This document shows, one piece after another, positions 8,136-17,898 of a stretch of 48,008 bases of DNA. Made by a program: the position numbers and the translations under genes. Source of the DNA: an uncultured Nitrososphaerota archaeon (GTDB lineage Archaea > Korarchaeota > Korarchaeia > Korarchaeales > Korarchaeaceae); the NCBI GenBank assembly GCA_964525965.1, contig CAZGKA010000016.1, positions 1 through 48,008 of the forward strand, given 5' to 3'. The notes under the pieces are model-generated. The model searched no databases, was not told the origin of the DNA, and worked only from the letters and a program-made list of their open reading frames with translations. The number at the start of each line of letters is the position of its first letter. Within the stretch, counting starts at the first letter, position 1.

Positions 8136-9887
8136 ATGAGAAGAATAGGCGTATCCAAAGGTATTATAGCAGCCATAATAATCATAATAGTGATAATAAT
8201 AGCGGCAGCAGCTGCTCTATCCTATAAACCGGCTCCTACGAAGCCTACAACCACAACCACAACTACAACTACCACAACAACCACCACAAAGAAGGCACCG
8301 CCCGTGACCTTAACCTTACCAATGAAGAGCGATATAATAGCACTTAATCCTCTAAATCCAAACACCAATACCGTGTGGAACGATTATGTTTTCTGGCTGG
8401 TTGAGCCATCCGTTCCTCTCATAACCCTTAAACCGGACTGGTCAGGATTCACTGGTTGGGCTGCTCAGAACTGGACCGTCACAGCGGAGAATGGAAAAAC
8501 CGTGTTCACGGTCCATCTCAGACCGGGAATGAAGTGGTCCGACGGCAAGCCCATAACAGCAGATGATCTTATTTTCTCTCTGAACTATGTTATTGAGAAG
8601 GATCTCGCTCCGACATGGAAGGACATGTTCCTAAAGGCGGTTAAGGTAAACGACTTAACCGTAAAGATATATCTCAAGGACCAGTACCCCCTGGCCTACT
8701 TCTGGAGCTACGTCCCTGGCATAATACCGAAGCACGTGTATGAGAACGTCAAGGATCCAGTGCACTGGGAGCCAAAGATCTCCGAATATGTGGGTGCTGG
8801 CCCCTACAAGCTTGTCAACTGGGTTAAGGGCCAGTATGTCGAGCTGGAGAAGAAGGACAACTGGTGGGGGAGCAAGATCTGGAATGGACCGGTGGTTGAC
8901 AAGATAATCCTCAGAGTAATAAAGACCGACGATGCGATTCTGCTCGCCCTCAAGAAGAAAGAAATAGCTGCTGATACCTGGTACGTCCCGCCCACAAGCC
9001 TTGTCATGGTAAACTCTCTTCCGTTCATCAAAGTGATAACAAAAGCAGATCCGGGCTTTTACTACCTAGCATTTAACCTTAGGAAGAAGCCAATGTCCGA
9101 TTTGGCCTTCAGGAAAGCTATAGCGTATTGCACTCCAAAGGAGGAGATAGTTAAAACTCTACTGCTCGGACAGGCCTATCCGATGCCGGCCGCGCCCATA
9201 TCCGAGTTCTACGCTGAACATGGGTATCTGGCGCCAAACTTACCGAAGTATGAGTTCAACCTCACTAAGGCCAAGGAGGTCTTGGAGAAAGCCGGCTACA
9301 AGGATGTAAACCACGACGGATGGCTCGAGATGCCCGACGGAACTCCAATAAAGGTCACGATTCTGACTCCCAGCTATGATCCCATAAGAGTCAGGGCTGG
9401 TGAGATGATAGCTGCTAACGCTAGAAAGATAGGACTTAACGTTCAGTCCAAGGCCGTAAGCTTCAACACCATAGTAGAGGATGTCTGGCCGTCCAGCGGG
9501 AAGCCAACCTTCGATATGTACATACTTGGCTGGGGAGTTACTGATCTTGAGCCCTTCTACCTCAGAGACTTCTTCCACAGCTCTCAGGATGTGGTGATAA
9601 CTCACGGAATGGGTCTCAACTCACCAGGATATAACAACTCCAAGTTCGACAAGATAATAGATGAAGCAGTAAAGACTCTGGATAAGAACAAGAGAAAGCA
9701 GTTATTCTATGAGGCTGAGAAACTGCTGGCCGAGGACCTGCCTTATGTACCCCTCTACTCGAGGGCTGCAAGCTATGCCTACAACATAGAGGACTGGGCT
9801 GGATGGTGCGCTGAGTGGCAGAACGGTCCCGCCTCTTGGGACAACATATGGACCTTCTTACATATACATAAAATAACATCAAAGTAA
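8136..9887 (+). CDS. oppA: Peptide ABC transporter substrate-binding protein (family 5), canonical domain order, N-terminal membrane anchor and poly-Thr linker
   Basis: LRPGMKWSDGKPITADD, GAGPY, FRKAIAY, GYKDVNHDG, C-terminal YNNSKFDKIIDEA...DLPYVPLY. Start moved to ATG 8136, after SD GGAGGT. Confidence 0.93.
   Translation: MRRIGVSKGIIAAIIIIIVIIIAAAAALSYKPAPTKPTTTTTTTTTTTTTTKKAPPVTLTLPMKSDIIALNPLNPNTNTVWNDYVFWLVEPSVPLITLKPDWSGFTGWAAQNWTVTAENGKTVFTVHLRPGMKWSDGKPITADDLIFSLNYVIEKDLAPTWKDMFLKAVKVNDLTVKIYLKDQYPLAYFWSYVPGIIPKHVYENVKDPVHWEPKISEYVGAGPYKLVNWVKGQYVELEKKDNWWGSKIWNGPVVDKIILRVIKTDDAILLALKKKEIAADTWYVPPTSLVMVNSLPFIKVITKADPGFYYLAFNLRKKPMSDLAFRKAIAYCTPKEEIVKTLLLGQAYPMPAAPISEFYAEHGYLAPNLPKYEFNLTKAKEVLEKAGYKDVNHDGWLEMPDGTPIKVTILTPSYDPIRVRAGEMIAANARKIGLNVQSKAVSFNTIVEDVWPSSGKPTFDMYILGWGVTDLEPFYLRDFFHSSQDVVITHGMGLNSPGYNNSKFDKIIDEAVKTLDKNKRKQLFYEAEKLLAEDLPYVPLYSRAASYAYNIEDWAGWCAEWQNGPASWDNIWTFLHIHKITSK
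8247..8288 (+). repeat. Low-complexity (ACN)14 tract encoding a 14-Thr linker
   Basis: aca acc aca acc aca act aca act acc aca aca acc acc aca. Confidence 0.9.
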
Positions 9888-9904
9888 AATAGTATATATA
9901 AGAA

Positions 9905-9926
9905 CTCCCTTTCCTTTACTTTTTTT
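9905..9926 (+). terminator. Oligo-T terminator after the second binding-protein gene
   Basis: CTCCCTTTCCTTTACTTTTTTT downstream of stop 9887. Confidence 0.65.
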
Positions 9927-10119
9927 AATACCTCAAGAAGGAGAGCAACATCAACCAAGTGGGCAGTATTTACTCAGGAGCCTAGGATCTCCTCCCTTTT
10001 TAATTTAGAGAACTTTATGGGCGATCTTTCTTGCGAGTTAAGTTTATCTTTTTACCAGAAGATCCCAACTTGATTCGTAGTTCACTTGCAGGAAATCGGA
10101 GGGTATGGAGGGTAACCAG

Positions 10120-11088
10120 ATGGGATTAGCAAAGTACGCTCTAAGAAAAGCAATTCACTCTCTGGCTCTGATATATTTTGTAGTCTCCTTAGACTTCGTG
10201 CTGTTCCGGTGTATGCCTGGAAATCCCATCGCTAGAATACTTGATCCTCGTATGAAGCCCGAGATGAAGAGGTACCTCATGCACCTCTTCGGTCTCGACA
10301 AGCCGCTCTGGGAGCAATACCTCCTTTATATAAAAAATATATTTACGGGGCAGATGGGTTATAGCTTCATAACGTTGCGCCCCGTCTCGGAAATGATAAT
10401 GGAAAGGCTTCCATGGACCTTAGCCTTAATGGTCCCCGCAGTTGTTCTCTCCCTGGTCATAGGCACTCTGCTGGGAGTTTACGCCTCTTGGAAGAGAGGT
10501 GGCTTTGTGGATGTGACCACAACCATAGTCACGATGGTGTTCTATGCAATGCCTGTCTTCTGGTTAGGAGGTCTTCTTATGCTCTACTTCGCAGTTTACC
10601 TAGGTCTGTTCCCCATAGCAGGAGCAGTAACTCCTGGCGCGACATACCACTCAATTTTCGATGAAATAAAGGACGTCCTCTGGCATGCAACGTTGCCGAT
10701 GCTAACCCTAACTCTCATAACAGTGGCCTACAACTTTATGCTCACTAGGGACGTGATGCTCGATGCGGTCTCTCAGGACTTTATACTTACGGCCAAGGCG
10801 AAGGGTATTTCTGAGAGAAAGATCATGTTCAAACACGCATTTAGAAATGCTCTTCTGCCTATAATGACTAACGCAGTTCTCTCCTTAGCAGGCACAATAA
10901 GTGGAGCCATTCTAACAGAGACTGTCTTCAGCTGGCCCGGTCTAGGAACTCTGACATATCAGGCCATAGAGGCCCAAGATTATCCTCTGCTGCAAGGATT
11001 ATTCTTTATATACACTGTAGTAACAATAATTGCAATATACTTCTTAGACTTAGCATACGGATTTATAGATCCTAGAATAAAGAGGTGA
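10120..11088 (+). CDS. oppB: Peptide ABC transporter permease (OppB)
   Basis: MPGNP, FGLDKPLWEQY, AKAKG, HAFRNALLP, ETVFSWPGLG, DPRIK. Tandem GGAGGGTA SDs upstream; ATG 10120 or 10105. Confidence 0.93.
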   Translation: MGLAKYALRKAIHSLALIYFVVSLDFVLFRCMPGNPIARILDPRMKPEMKRYLMHLFGLDKPLWEQYLLYIKNIFTGQMGYSFITLRPVSEMIMERLPWTLALMVPAVVLSLVIGTLLGVYASWKRGGFVDVTTTIVTMVFYAMPVFWLGGLLMLYFAVYLGLFPIAGAVTPGATYHSIFDEIKDVLWHATLPMLTLTLITVAYNFMLTRDVMLDAVSQDFILTAKAKGISERKIMFKHAFRNALLPIMTNAVLSLAGTISGAILTETVFSWPGLGTLTYQAIEAQDYPLLQGLFFIYTVVTIIAIYFLDLAYGFIDPRIKR

Positions 11089-11975
11089 TCCTCTTGAGCA
11101 GCAGAAAACTGATCCTCTGGAGGAGACAAATAAGGGAATTTTGGGACTCGTTTAAACAGTACAAATTAGGTCTGCTCGGTCTAGGAATATTGGTGTTCTT
11201 CATATTCGTAGCTATATTTGCTAACTACATAGCTCCTTATCCAATATCGCTGACAAACGTCAATCCATCAGAGGTGCTCAAGCCTCCCTCGTGGAAGCAT
11301 CCCTTCGGAACGGATGAGCTAGGAAGAGATATGCTGAGCCTAGTAATATATGGAAGTAGGGCTTCCCTGCTGGTCGGCTTCATGGCTACGATTATAGTTA
11401 TCGTGCTAGGTACTTTGTTGGGGCTTCTCTCCGGATACATAGGAGGAGTTGTCGATGATATAATAATGTGGGTGACCAATGCTCTCTACGTCCTCCCCTT
11501 CTTGGTTCTATGTATAGTGTTCGCGGCCGTCCTAGGTCCCTCCATATGGAACATAATTTTGGTCCTAGGCATACTCGGATGGACCGGCACGGCCTTGCTC
11601 GTGAGATCCCAGACGCTCTCGGTAAAGGAGGAGCAGTATGTGGAGGCAGCCAAGGTCATGGGAGCTGGAAGACTGCACATAATATTCAAGCACATCCTTC
11701 CCAACGTCATGCCCTTGGTGTTCGTTCAGGCGGCTTTCAGCATAGCTAACGCCATACTAGTCGAGGCTGGATTGAGCTTTCTTGGACTGGGAGACCCGAA
11801 CTGGATGAGTTGGGGAGAGATTCTCTACTACGCGGAGCAGTTCGGTGCCTTCTCAGGGGGATACTGGTGGTACGTGGTGCCTCCCGGATTGATGATAACG
11901 ATAGTGTGCACCGCGGTGTTGTTCGTCAATCATGCTCTCGACGAGATAGTCAACCCGAGGCTTAGAAAGAGGTGA
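11085..11975 (+). CDS. oppC: Peptide ABC transporter permease (OppC)
   Basis: HPFGTDELGRD, YVEAAKVMGA, KHILPN, LSFLGLG; GTGA overlap with the upstream gene. Confidence 0.93.
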   Translation: MILLSSRKLILWRRQIREFWDSFKQYKLGLLGLGILVFFIFVAIFANYIAPYPISLTNVNPSEVLKPPSWKHPFGTDELGRDMLSLVIYGSRASLLVGFMATIIVIVLGTLLGLLSGYIGGVVDDIIMWVTNALYVLPFLVLCIVFAAVLGPSIWNIILVLGILGWTGTALLVRSQTLSVKEEQYVEAAKVMGAGRLHIIFKHILPNVMPLVFVQAAFSIANAILVEAGLSFLGLGDPNWMSWGEILYYAEQFGAFSGGYWWYVVPPGLMITIVCTAVLFVNHALDEIVNPRLRKR

Positions 11976-11979
11976 TCTT

Positions 11980-12927
11980 ATGGTCTTACTCAAGGTGAAC
12001 GATCTCAAGGTCTACTATGAGACCAAGAAGGGATATGTCAAAGCTGTGGATGGCATTTCGTTCGAGCTTGAGAAGGGGCAGGTTCTGGGGCTCGCCGGCG
12101 AGAGCGGCTGTGGGAAGACCACGACAGCCTACGCGATAACGAGGCTGTTACCATATAACGGCAAAATACTTGGCGGTCAGATAATTTTCGACGGTAAGGA
12201 TATAGTGAAGATGGACGAGAAGGAGCTGAAGGATGTGAGGTGGAAAAGGATCTCCATGATCTTTCAGGGGGCCATGAATGCTCTAAACCCAATGTTCACG
12301 GTAGGAGATCAGATAACCGAGGCCATACTGACCCACACAGATATGTCCAAGAAGGAGGCCCTTGAGCTCGCCAGCAAACTGCTTGAAGAGGTTGGTATAG
12401 AGAGCAGCAGGATCAAGAGCTACCCCTTCGAGCTCTCCGGAGGTATGAAGCAGAGGGTAGTCATAGCCATGGCCATGGCTCTCAATCCAGACCTGGTGAT
12501 CGCTGACGAACCTACAACCGCTCTGGACGTGGTTGTTCAAGCCCAAATTCTAAATCTGATGAGGACTCTGCAGAAAAAAAGAGGCATGGCCCTGATACTA
12601 ATATCCCACGATCTGGGCGTTATAGCGGAATTGGCAGACCTCATAGGCATCTTTTACGCTGGTAAAATAATGGAGCTTGGAGATCTCAACAGGATATTGA
12701 CGGAACCGAAACATCCATACACTCAGGGGCTTCTCGCAGCTTTTCCAAACTTGAGAGGACCTAAGAGGAGGCTCTACAGCATAGGAGGTACTCCGCCAAA
12801 CCTGCTTAATCCACCGCCCGGCTGTCGCTTCCACCCGAGATGTCCCTATGCCAAAGACATCTGCGAGAGGGAGGAGCCTGAGATGAAGTACGTGGATGGC
12901 AGGTACGTGGCCTGCCATCTGTACTGA
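11980..12927 (+). CDS. oppD: Peptide ABC transporter ATP-binding protein (OppD)
   Basis: GESGCGKT, FQGAMNALNP, LSGGMKQR, ADEPTTALD, Cys cluster. Confidence 0.95.
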   Translation: MVLLKVNDLKVYYETKKGYVKAVDGISFELEKGQVLGLAGESGCGKTTTAYAITRLLPYNGKILGGQIIFDGKDIVKMDEKELKDVRWKRISMIFQGAMNALNPMFTVGDQITEAILTHTDMSKKEALELASKLLEEVGIESSRIKSYPFELSGGMKQRVVIAMAMALNPDLVIADEPTTALDVVVQAQILNLMRTLQKKRGMALILISHDLGVIAELADLIGIFYAGKIMELGDLNRILTEPKHPYTQGLLAAFPNLRGPKRRLYSIGGTPPNLLNPPPGCRFHPRCPYAKDICEREEPEMKYVDGRYVACHLY

Positions 12928-12930
12928 GAG

Positions 12931-13923
12931 GTGGTGCGAATGGTCGTTGGTTCTGCCCAGAATCTCGTCGAGGTTAAGAATCTCAAGGTCTACTTTCCGG
13001 TCAGAGGAGGGCTCTTCAGAAGAAAAAAGCTCTATGTTAGGGCTGTGGATGGAGTTTCATTCAACATAAGAAAGAAAGAAATTTTCGGGCTCGCCGGCGA
13101 GAGCGGCTCAGGAAAGACAACGATAGGAAGAGCTCTCCTGAGAGTTGTGGATATAACAGAGGGGGAGATCTTCTTTGACGGCAAAGATCTGGTGAAGATG
13201 AGTGAGAACGAGCTCAGGAAATTGAGGCCGAAAATGCAGATGATATTTCAGGACCCATATTCAGCTCTCAATCCGAGAATGACCGTATACGACATAGTTG
13301 CTGAGCCGCTCAGGGTTCATGGCTATGAGGAGGTTGACTCTAGGGTTGAGAGGGCGCTTAGAGAGGTCGGACTGAGTGTTGAGGAGTTTGGCTTCAGGTT
13401 TCCCCACGAGCTCTCCGGAGGCCAGAGACAGAGGGTGGCCATAGCCAGGGTGCTGGTCCTAGAACCTGATTTCATAGTAGCTGACGAGCCCACCTCCATG
13501 CTCGACGTCTCCGTGAGATCCGGGATACTAGAACTTCTTTTGGATCTCAGGGACAAGGAGGACGTCACCTATCTATTTATAACGCACGATCTGGCCCTGG
13601 CCCGTTACGTGACCGATCGACTAGCGATAATGTATCTAGGAAAGTTCATGGAGGTTGGTCCGACCGAGGAGGTGATCGGCAACCCAATGCATCCCTACAC
13701 TCAGGCTCTGATAAGCAGCTTTCCTGAACCAAATCCAGAGCTCAGGAAAGAGAAGAGGATAATTCTCAAGGGAGAGATACCCAGCCCGATAAACATACCG
13801 CCTGGCTGTCGCTTCCACCCGAGATGCCCCTACGCCAAGGATATCTGCAAGGAGAAGGAGCCTGAGCTGATCGAAATAAGTTCTGGACATCTGGTAGCCT
13901 GTCACATGGTCTCCCGAAAGTGA
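12931..13923 (+). CDS. oppF: Peptide ABC transporter ATP-binding protein (OppF)
   Basis: GESGSGKT, FQDPY, LSGGQRQR, ADEPTSMLD, Cys cluster. Confidence 0.95.
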   Translation: MVRMVVGSAQNLVEVKNLKVYFPVRGGLFRRKKLYVRAVDGVSFNIRKKEIFGLAGESGSGKTTIGRALLRVVDITEGEIFFDGKDLVKMSENELRKLRPKMQMIFQDPYSALNPRMTVYDIVAEPLRVHGYEEVDSRVERALREVGLSVEEFGFRFPHELSGGQRQRVAIARVLVLEPDFIVADEPTSMLDVSVRSGILELLLDLRDKEDVTYLFITHDLALARYVTDRLAIMYLGKFMEVGPTEEVIGNPMHPYTQALISSFPEPNPELRKEKRIILKGEIPSPINIPPGCRFHPRCPYAKDICKEKEPELIEISSGHLVACHMVSRK

Positions 13924-14004
13924 AAAGGAGATTTCCCCAATTTTTCCCTCATCTTTCTTGATCTGACCTGCTTCCCTCTTCGAGGAGTTCCTTATCGAGC
14001 CTCA

Positions 14005-14436
14005 TCAATCCTGAGGAGATAGTATTACGGTGCCGTTTCCTGATATGCTGATCCTAACACCTTCACTGAACGTTTCTCCCTCTATCTTAACCTTTATATG
14101 CCCTATCCCTGATTCTTCGAAGATCCTGCAGTTCTTCGTTGTGATAAGAACGCATATGTAGTTCTCCGCCCTCTTGGAGAGAGTGAAGAGCTGAACAATC
14201 TTCTCAACTCCGATATCCGGTATCTTCACCACGGTCGTGATCTTTGTCTTGTTCACCTTCCAGCAGCCGTACACCTCCCTTATGGCCCTCCCCAAGGGCT
14301 CAGCCAGACCCCCCTTCACATTCCATTTATACAAATAATAGTCGCAATCAGGCATCCTCAGGATGGTCAGCCACACGACGGAAAAGCATCCTAAAACAAA
14401 AAACACGAAAATCAGGGGCTTAACAAATCTCCTCAA
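14005..14436 (-). CDS. Hypothetical membrane-anchored/exported protein
   Basis: N-terminal hydrophobic helix; TTG start overlaps the aminotransferase stop (TTGA). Confidence 0.65.
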   Translation of the reverse strand: MRRFVKPLIFVFFVLGCFSVVWLTILRMPDCDYYLYKWNVKGGLAEPLGRAIREVYGCWKVNKTKITTVVKIPDIGVEKIVQLFTLSKRAENYICVLITTKNCRIFEESGIGHIKVKIEGETFSEGVRISISGNGTVILSPQD

Positions 14437-15527
14437 AGCTTCGACACCTCTTCCTTGAGCACCTCAGCCATAAGGTCTATGTCCCCTCTGTTCAACTTCC
14501 CGTAGGATATCCTGAACCACTCAGCACCCGCTCTGAAGTTCTCCCCCGGAACCACGCCAACCACGACGTCCTTTCTGCTCAGCAGGGACTTCGTCAGCTC
14601 GTTTGAGTCCTTCACCTTATCGTGAGTCACGAACAAGTATATGGCCCCCCTGGGTTCAGGGAACTCGAACCCGGCCTCGGAAAGTCTCTCCGCTAGAGCA
14701 TCCCTCTTAAGCTTGTAGTTGTACCTGACCGACTCCAGGTAGTCGGAGGTGCATGCATAGATGAGATACATCAGGAGGAGCTGTGATACCTCCGATATCC
14801 CTGTGGATGTTATGTAAACTGCTCTCGATAGCCTCTCCAGCTCCGGAGCTTCCCAGTACACATATCCGAGCCTCAGGCCGGGGACAGCAAATACCTTGCT
14901 GAAGGTGTCGATGATGACGTCCCCGACCAGCTCAGGCCTCTCCTCGTAGTATATCTGTGAGTAGGCAGAATCGTTTATCAGAAGAACTCCTCTGTCTTTG
15001 AGCTTTTCCCATAGATCCACAAGCTCATCGCTTGGTGGATAGTATCCGGTCGGATTATTTGGATAATTTATGAGCACAGCCCTCGTCTTCGGGGTCAGGC
15101 TCTCCAATATGCCCTCAATTCCTTTCAATGGATCATAGGTCCTGAAGCGGATCTCGATGAAGTCCGAGTAGTAGTAATACGGGGGAAAGCCTGGAGCTGG
15201 CAGTAGTACCTCGCTTCCCCGGAGGGCTAATAAAACGGTGGTCAGACCATGTGTCCCTCCATTCGTCAAGAAAATTCTGTCGACCTCGAGCTTTCTTCCC
15301 GAGAACCTCTCAACGTACTCTGCCACCCTCTCCCGAACGCTTGACATCCCCTGATATGGCAGGTAGTCTAGACCGACATCCCAGATCCTCCTCAGAGCTG
15401 TGGATATGGGCATGGGGGGAGGATGGGAAGGAGCTCCTATGTGGGCGTTCACAACTCTTAAGCCCTCACTCTCCTTTTTCCTGCACACGTTGTAGACATC
15501 CCTAATCGTGAGGACCTCTCTCTTCAC
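14433..15527 (-). CDS. PLP-dependent aminotransferase class I/II (aspartate aminotransferase-like)
   Basis: NYPNNPTG, DSAY, TFSK...PGLRLGY (PLP lysine), GAIY, C-terminal RISY. Confidence 0.9.
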   Translation of the reverse strand: MKREVLTIRDVYNVCRKKESEGLRVVNAHIGAPSHPPPMPISTALRRIWDVGLDYLPYQGMSSVRERVAEYVERFSGRKLEVDRIFLTNGGTHGLTTVLLALRGSEVLLPAPGFPPYYYYSDFIEIRFRTYDPLKGIEGILESLTPKTRAVLINYPNNPTGYYPPSDELVDLWEKLKDRGVLLINDSAYSQIYYEERPELVGDVIIDTFSKVFAVPGLRLGYVYWEAPELERLSRAVYITSTGISEVSQLLLMYLIYACTSDYLESVRYNYKLKRDALAERLSEAGFEFPEPRGAIYLFVTHDKVKDSNELTKSLLSRKDVVVGVVPGENFRAGAEWFRISYGKLNRGDIDLMAEVLKEEVSKL

Positions 15528-15709
15528 TCAGAACACCTCTCCTCTCTTTAAGACCGATCTGCTTCTACTAAAAATTTCTCCAATTAGATCTCCACGTAAA
15601 GGGCTTCTCACGTTTAACAGGGAGTCCTCCTTCATGTAGGGGGAAACTTAATATTTTAGCACCGCTATATGATCGTAAAAGGATTAAACAAGCTAGGAGG
15701 TCGCTGGTC

Positions 15710-15910
15710 TTGGACCTAGACGATTTAGCCAGAGCTTTTAGGGAGGAGTTAAGAGACTTGGGCGTCGACGATCCCGATCGAATAGCTAACGCCTTAATAG
15801 GAGCTATCCTGATAACACAGCTTTTCTCCAATGAAGATAACGATTCCAAGGCCGGGAGGAGGCGGAAAAGATCTAGCAGGCTTGTTAGCAGGAGGAGGGC
15901 AGTTCATTAG
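15710..15910 (+). CDS. Small hypothetical protein with basic C-terminal tail
   Basis: 66 aa, TTG start after SD GGAGGT; fills the gap between flanking genes. Confidence 0.5.
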   Translation: MDLDDLARAFREELRDLGVDDPDRIANALIGAILITQLFSNEDNDSKAGRRRKRSSRLVSRRRAVH

Positions 15911-17010
15911 CTCTGGATGAGGATGAAGTACTCCACCTCAAGCCCTCTCCCTTCGACCAGGGCCATCAAATCGTTCAGCGCTCTCGAGGGCATCATCGAA
16001 ATGAACAAGGCCTTCTTCCTACCTAGAAAGACAACAAAATCCCCTTTTGTCGGATCCCAGGGTTCGAAGGAGTGCTCCGGCTTCCTTATCAGGGGTATGA
16101 GCTTTCTGATCTTCCTTTCCTTAGGCAACTCACCAACAACGATGGATCTGATCTTATCACTCAAGGGATCCCTGGGAGGAACATGACCGGCCCAGGGAAC
16201 GGCCACGAACTCAAGCTCCGGTGAGTCGCCCACCAAAGTTCCTCTGACTACGTTCCAAGAGACCTCTCCGGCGAGATCCTCGATGAACTCCCTGATGTGG
16301 AAGCTCTCCTTGACCTTCAACTCTGAAACTATCCTCCTCACATCCTCCTCCACCGCCTGGTTGACTATCAATCCACTCAAAACTCCCTCTATATGGGCCT
16401 TTCCAAGGAACTTGCTCAGATCCTTTCCGAAGAAAACCTCGAAGAGGAGTCTTTCCTTGGATTTAGGATGCTCCAGCCAGATCCCTGGTCCCCAGACGGC
16501 CAAATCGACCACGGACATGAACCACTTGGTGCCGGCCAGTTCCTCCAGCATGAGGAGTTTCAGGTCCTCCGGAACCAGACCCAGCGATCTGGCGTCCAGC
16601 TTCTCGGATATCAGCCTCGCGTATGGGGGGACGTAGATCGATGACCATTTGGAGTCCAGCGGAAGCACGGCAAGGGATCGGAAGGCTGGCTCTAGGCGAA
16701 GTCCACTCCAAGGACGAAGAAGGGGCTTGAGTTCCTCCCTGTGGACCTGGCCCTCCAGACCATATCTCCCGATTCCCATGGAGAGAGCACAAACGCTCGC
16801 CATGGCCCTCTTTCCTAGCTCCTCAAGAGCTTCACAGACGATCTCTGATGCTTCCTCCGGTCTGCTCTCAACTAAGGTTTTCGCTTCGAGAATTTTTTCT
16901 TCAGTGATATCCTCTCTCTCGAAGGGAACCCCAATCTTCTTCATGGCCTTGATGGCGCTTTCTCCTCCTTTGAAGAAAGCGTACGCTGCTAGGAGGCTGA
17001 AATCCACCAC
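15907..17010 (-). CDS. Hypothetical protein
   Basis: Long ORF with normal codon usage. Start moved to GTG 17010 (about 25 nt downstream of TTTTTATA) to avoid overlap with the IMPase gene. Confidence 0.7.
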   Translation of the reverse strand: MVDFSLLAAYAFFKGGESAIKAMKKIGVPFEREDITEEKILEAKTLVESRPEEASEIVCEALEELGKRAMASVCALSMGIGRYGLEGQVHREELKPLLRPWSGLRLEPAFRSLAVLPLDSKWSSIYVPPYARLISEKLDARSLGLVPEDLKLLMLEELAGTKWFMSVVDLAVWGPGIWLEHPKSKERLLFEVFFGKDLSKFLGKAHIEGVLSGLIVNQAVEEDVRRIVSELKVKESFHIREFIEDLAGEVSWNVVRGTLVGDSPELEFVAVPWAGHVPPRDPLSDKIRSIVVGELPKERKIRKLIPLIRKPEHSFEPWDPTKGDFVVFLGRKKALFISMMPSRALNDLMALVEGRGLEVEYFILIQS

Positions 17011-17063
17011 ATGCCATTCCTCGCCCGACGAGCTATAAAAAGGTCCACTCGCGGCGTTCCTCC

Positions 17064-17849
17064 TCAGAATATCGGCTTGAACCTTTTCGACAGCCGGTCC
17101 ATTAGGAGGTTGCAGAACTTGGGGGAGCTCGCAGATATGAAGGAGAAGCACCCTTTAACATCTCTGACATCCGGATCTCTATCGGCCACCACAAGACCTC
17201 CTGCCTCCTTAACCAACAAAAACCCCGCGGCGACATCGAAGGGCCTGACGTATCCCATATCCATGACAGCGTGCATCAACCCTCTGGACAGGTAGGCGAG
17301 ACCCATGGATATGCAGCCATAGTCCCTAGTGGACAGGTGCCTTATCCCCAAGACCTTCTTGAGATCGTGGACCCCGCCCCGACAAGGGGCGTAGATGACG
17401 GCCACATCGTCACGGGGCTCCTCGACGTGAATTCTCTCTCCATTTAGGAAGGCTCCCTCTCCGCGCATGGCGAAGTACTCCTCATCCTGAAAAAGACTCA
17501 GGACAACGCCCTCTCTCACAGAGGATAATCTATGATCCTCCGTCAGGGCTATAGACACCGAAGCTATCGGTATCCCGAGATCGGCGTTGACGCTTCCATC
17601 AACGGGATCTATCAGAAGATAGGGAGGACCATCCCCCGCGGATCCCAGCTCCTCCGTGACGATCCCCAAGGTCCAGTTCCTCTCCTCAACGGTCCTCCTG
17701 ATCACGTCGTCTGCTACGACATCCACCTTTCTCATCAGATCCCCGCTGGCACAGATCTCACCAGTTATCGACCTCCTACCGAGGTACGGCCTCACAGCCT
17801 CCTTTATCTCACAAGCGAGGGATCTCAGATCGTCGAGGGATGGGATCAT
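17064..17849 (-). CDS. suhB: Inositol monophosphatase / FBPase family protein
   Basis: D...D, TEE, IDPVDGS-x-N, DVAAG...VKEAGG motifs. Confidence 0.88.
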   Translation of the reverse strand: MIPSLDDLRSLACEIKEAVRPYLGRRSITGEICASGDLMRKVDVVADDVIRRTVEERNWTLGIVTEELGSAGDGPPYLLIDPVDGSVNADLGIPIASVSIALTEDHRLSSVREGVVLSLFQDEEYFAMRGEGAFLNGERIHVEEPRDDVAVIYAPCRGGVHDLKKVLGIRHLSTRDYGCISMGLAYLSRGLMHAVMDMGYVRPFDVAAGFLLVKEAGGLVVADRDPDVRDVKGCFSFISASSPKFCNLLMDRLSKRFKPIF

Positions 17850-17898
17850 CTGCTGTTCTCGCGGACCCTGATGCTAAAAACATTATTCTGAGGGACCT

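Noticed and set aside
6053-13860. Repeated 37-65-nt blocks as CRISPR repeats or mobile-element ends
   Set aside because: They lie in-frame inside ATPase genes, 1-6 kb apart, with no spacers, cas genes, transposase or target duplications.
17011-17151. Track N-terminus of the 414-aa hypothetical protein
   Set aside because: It overlaps the IMPase 3' end and contains a TATA-like box; GTG 17010 is the more plausible start.
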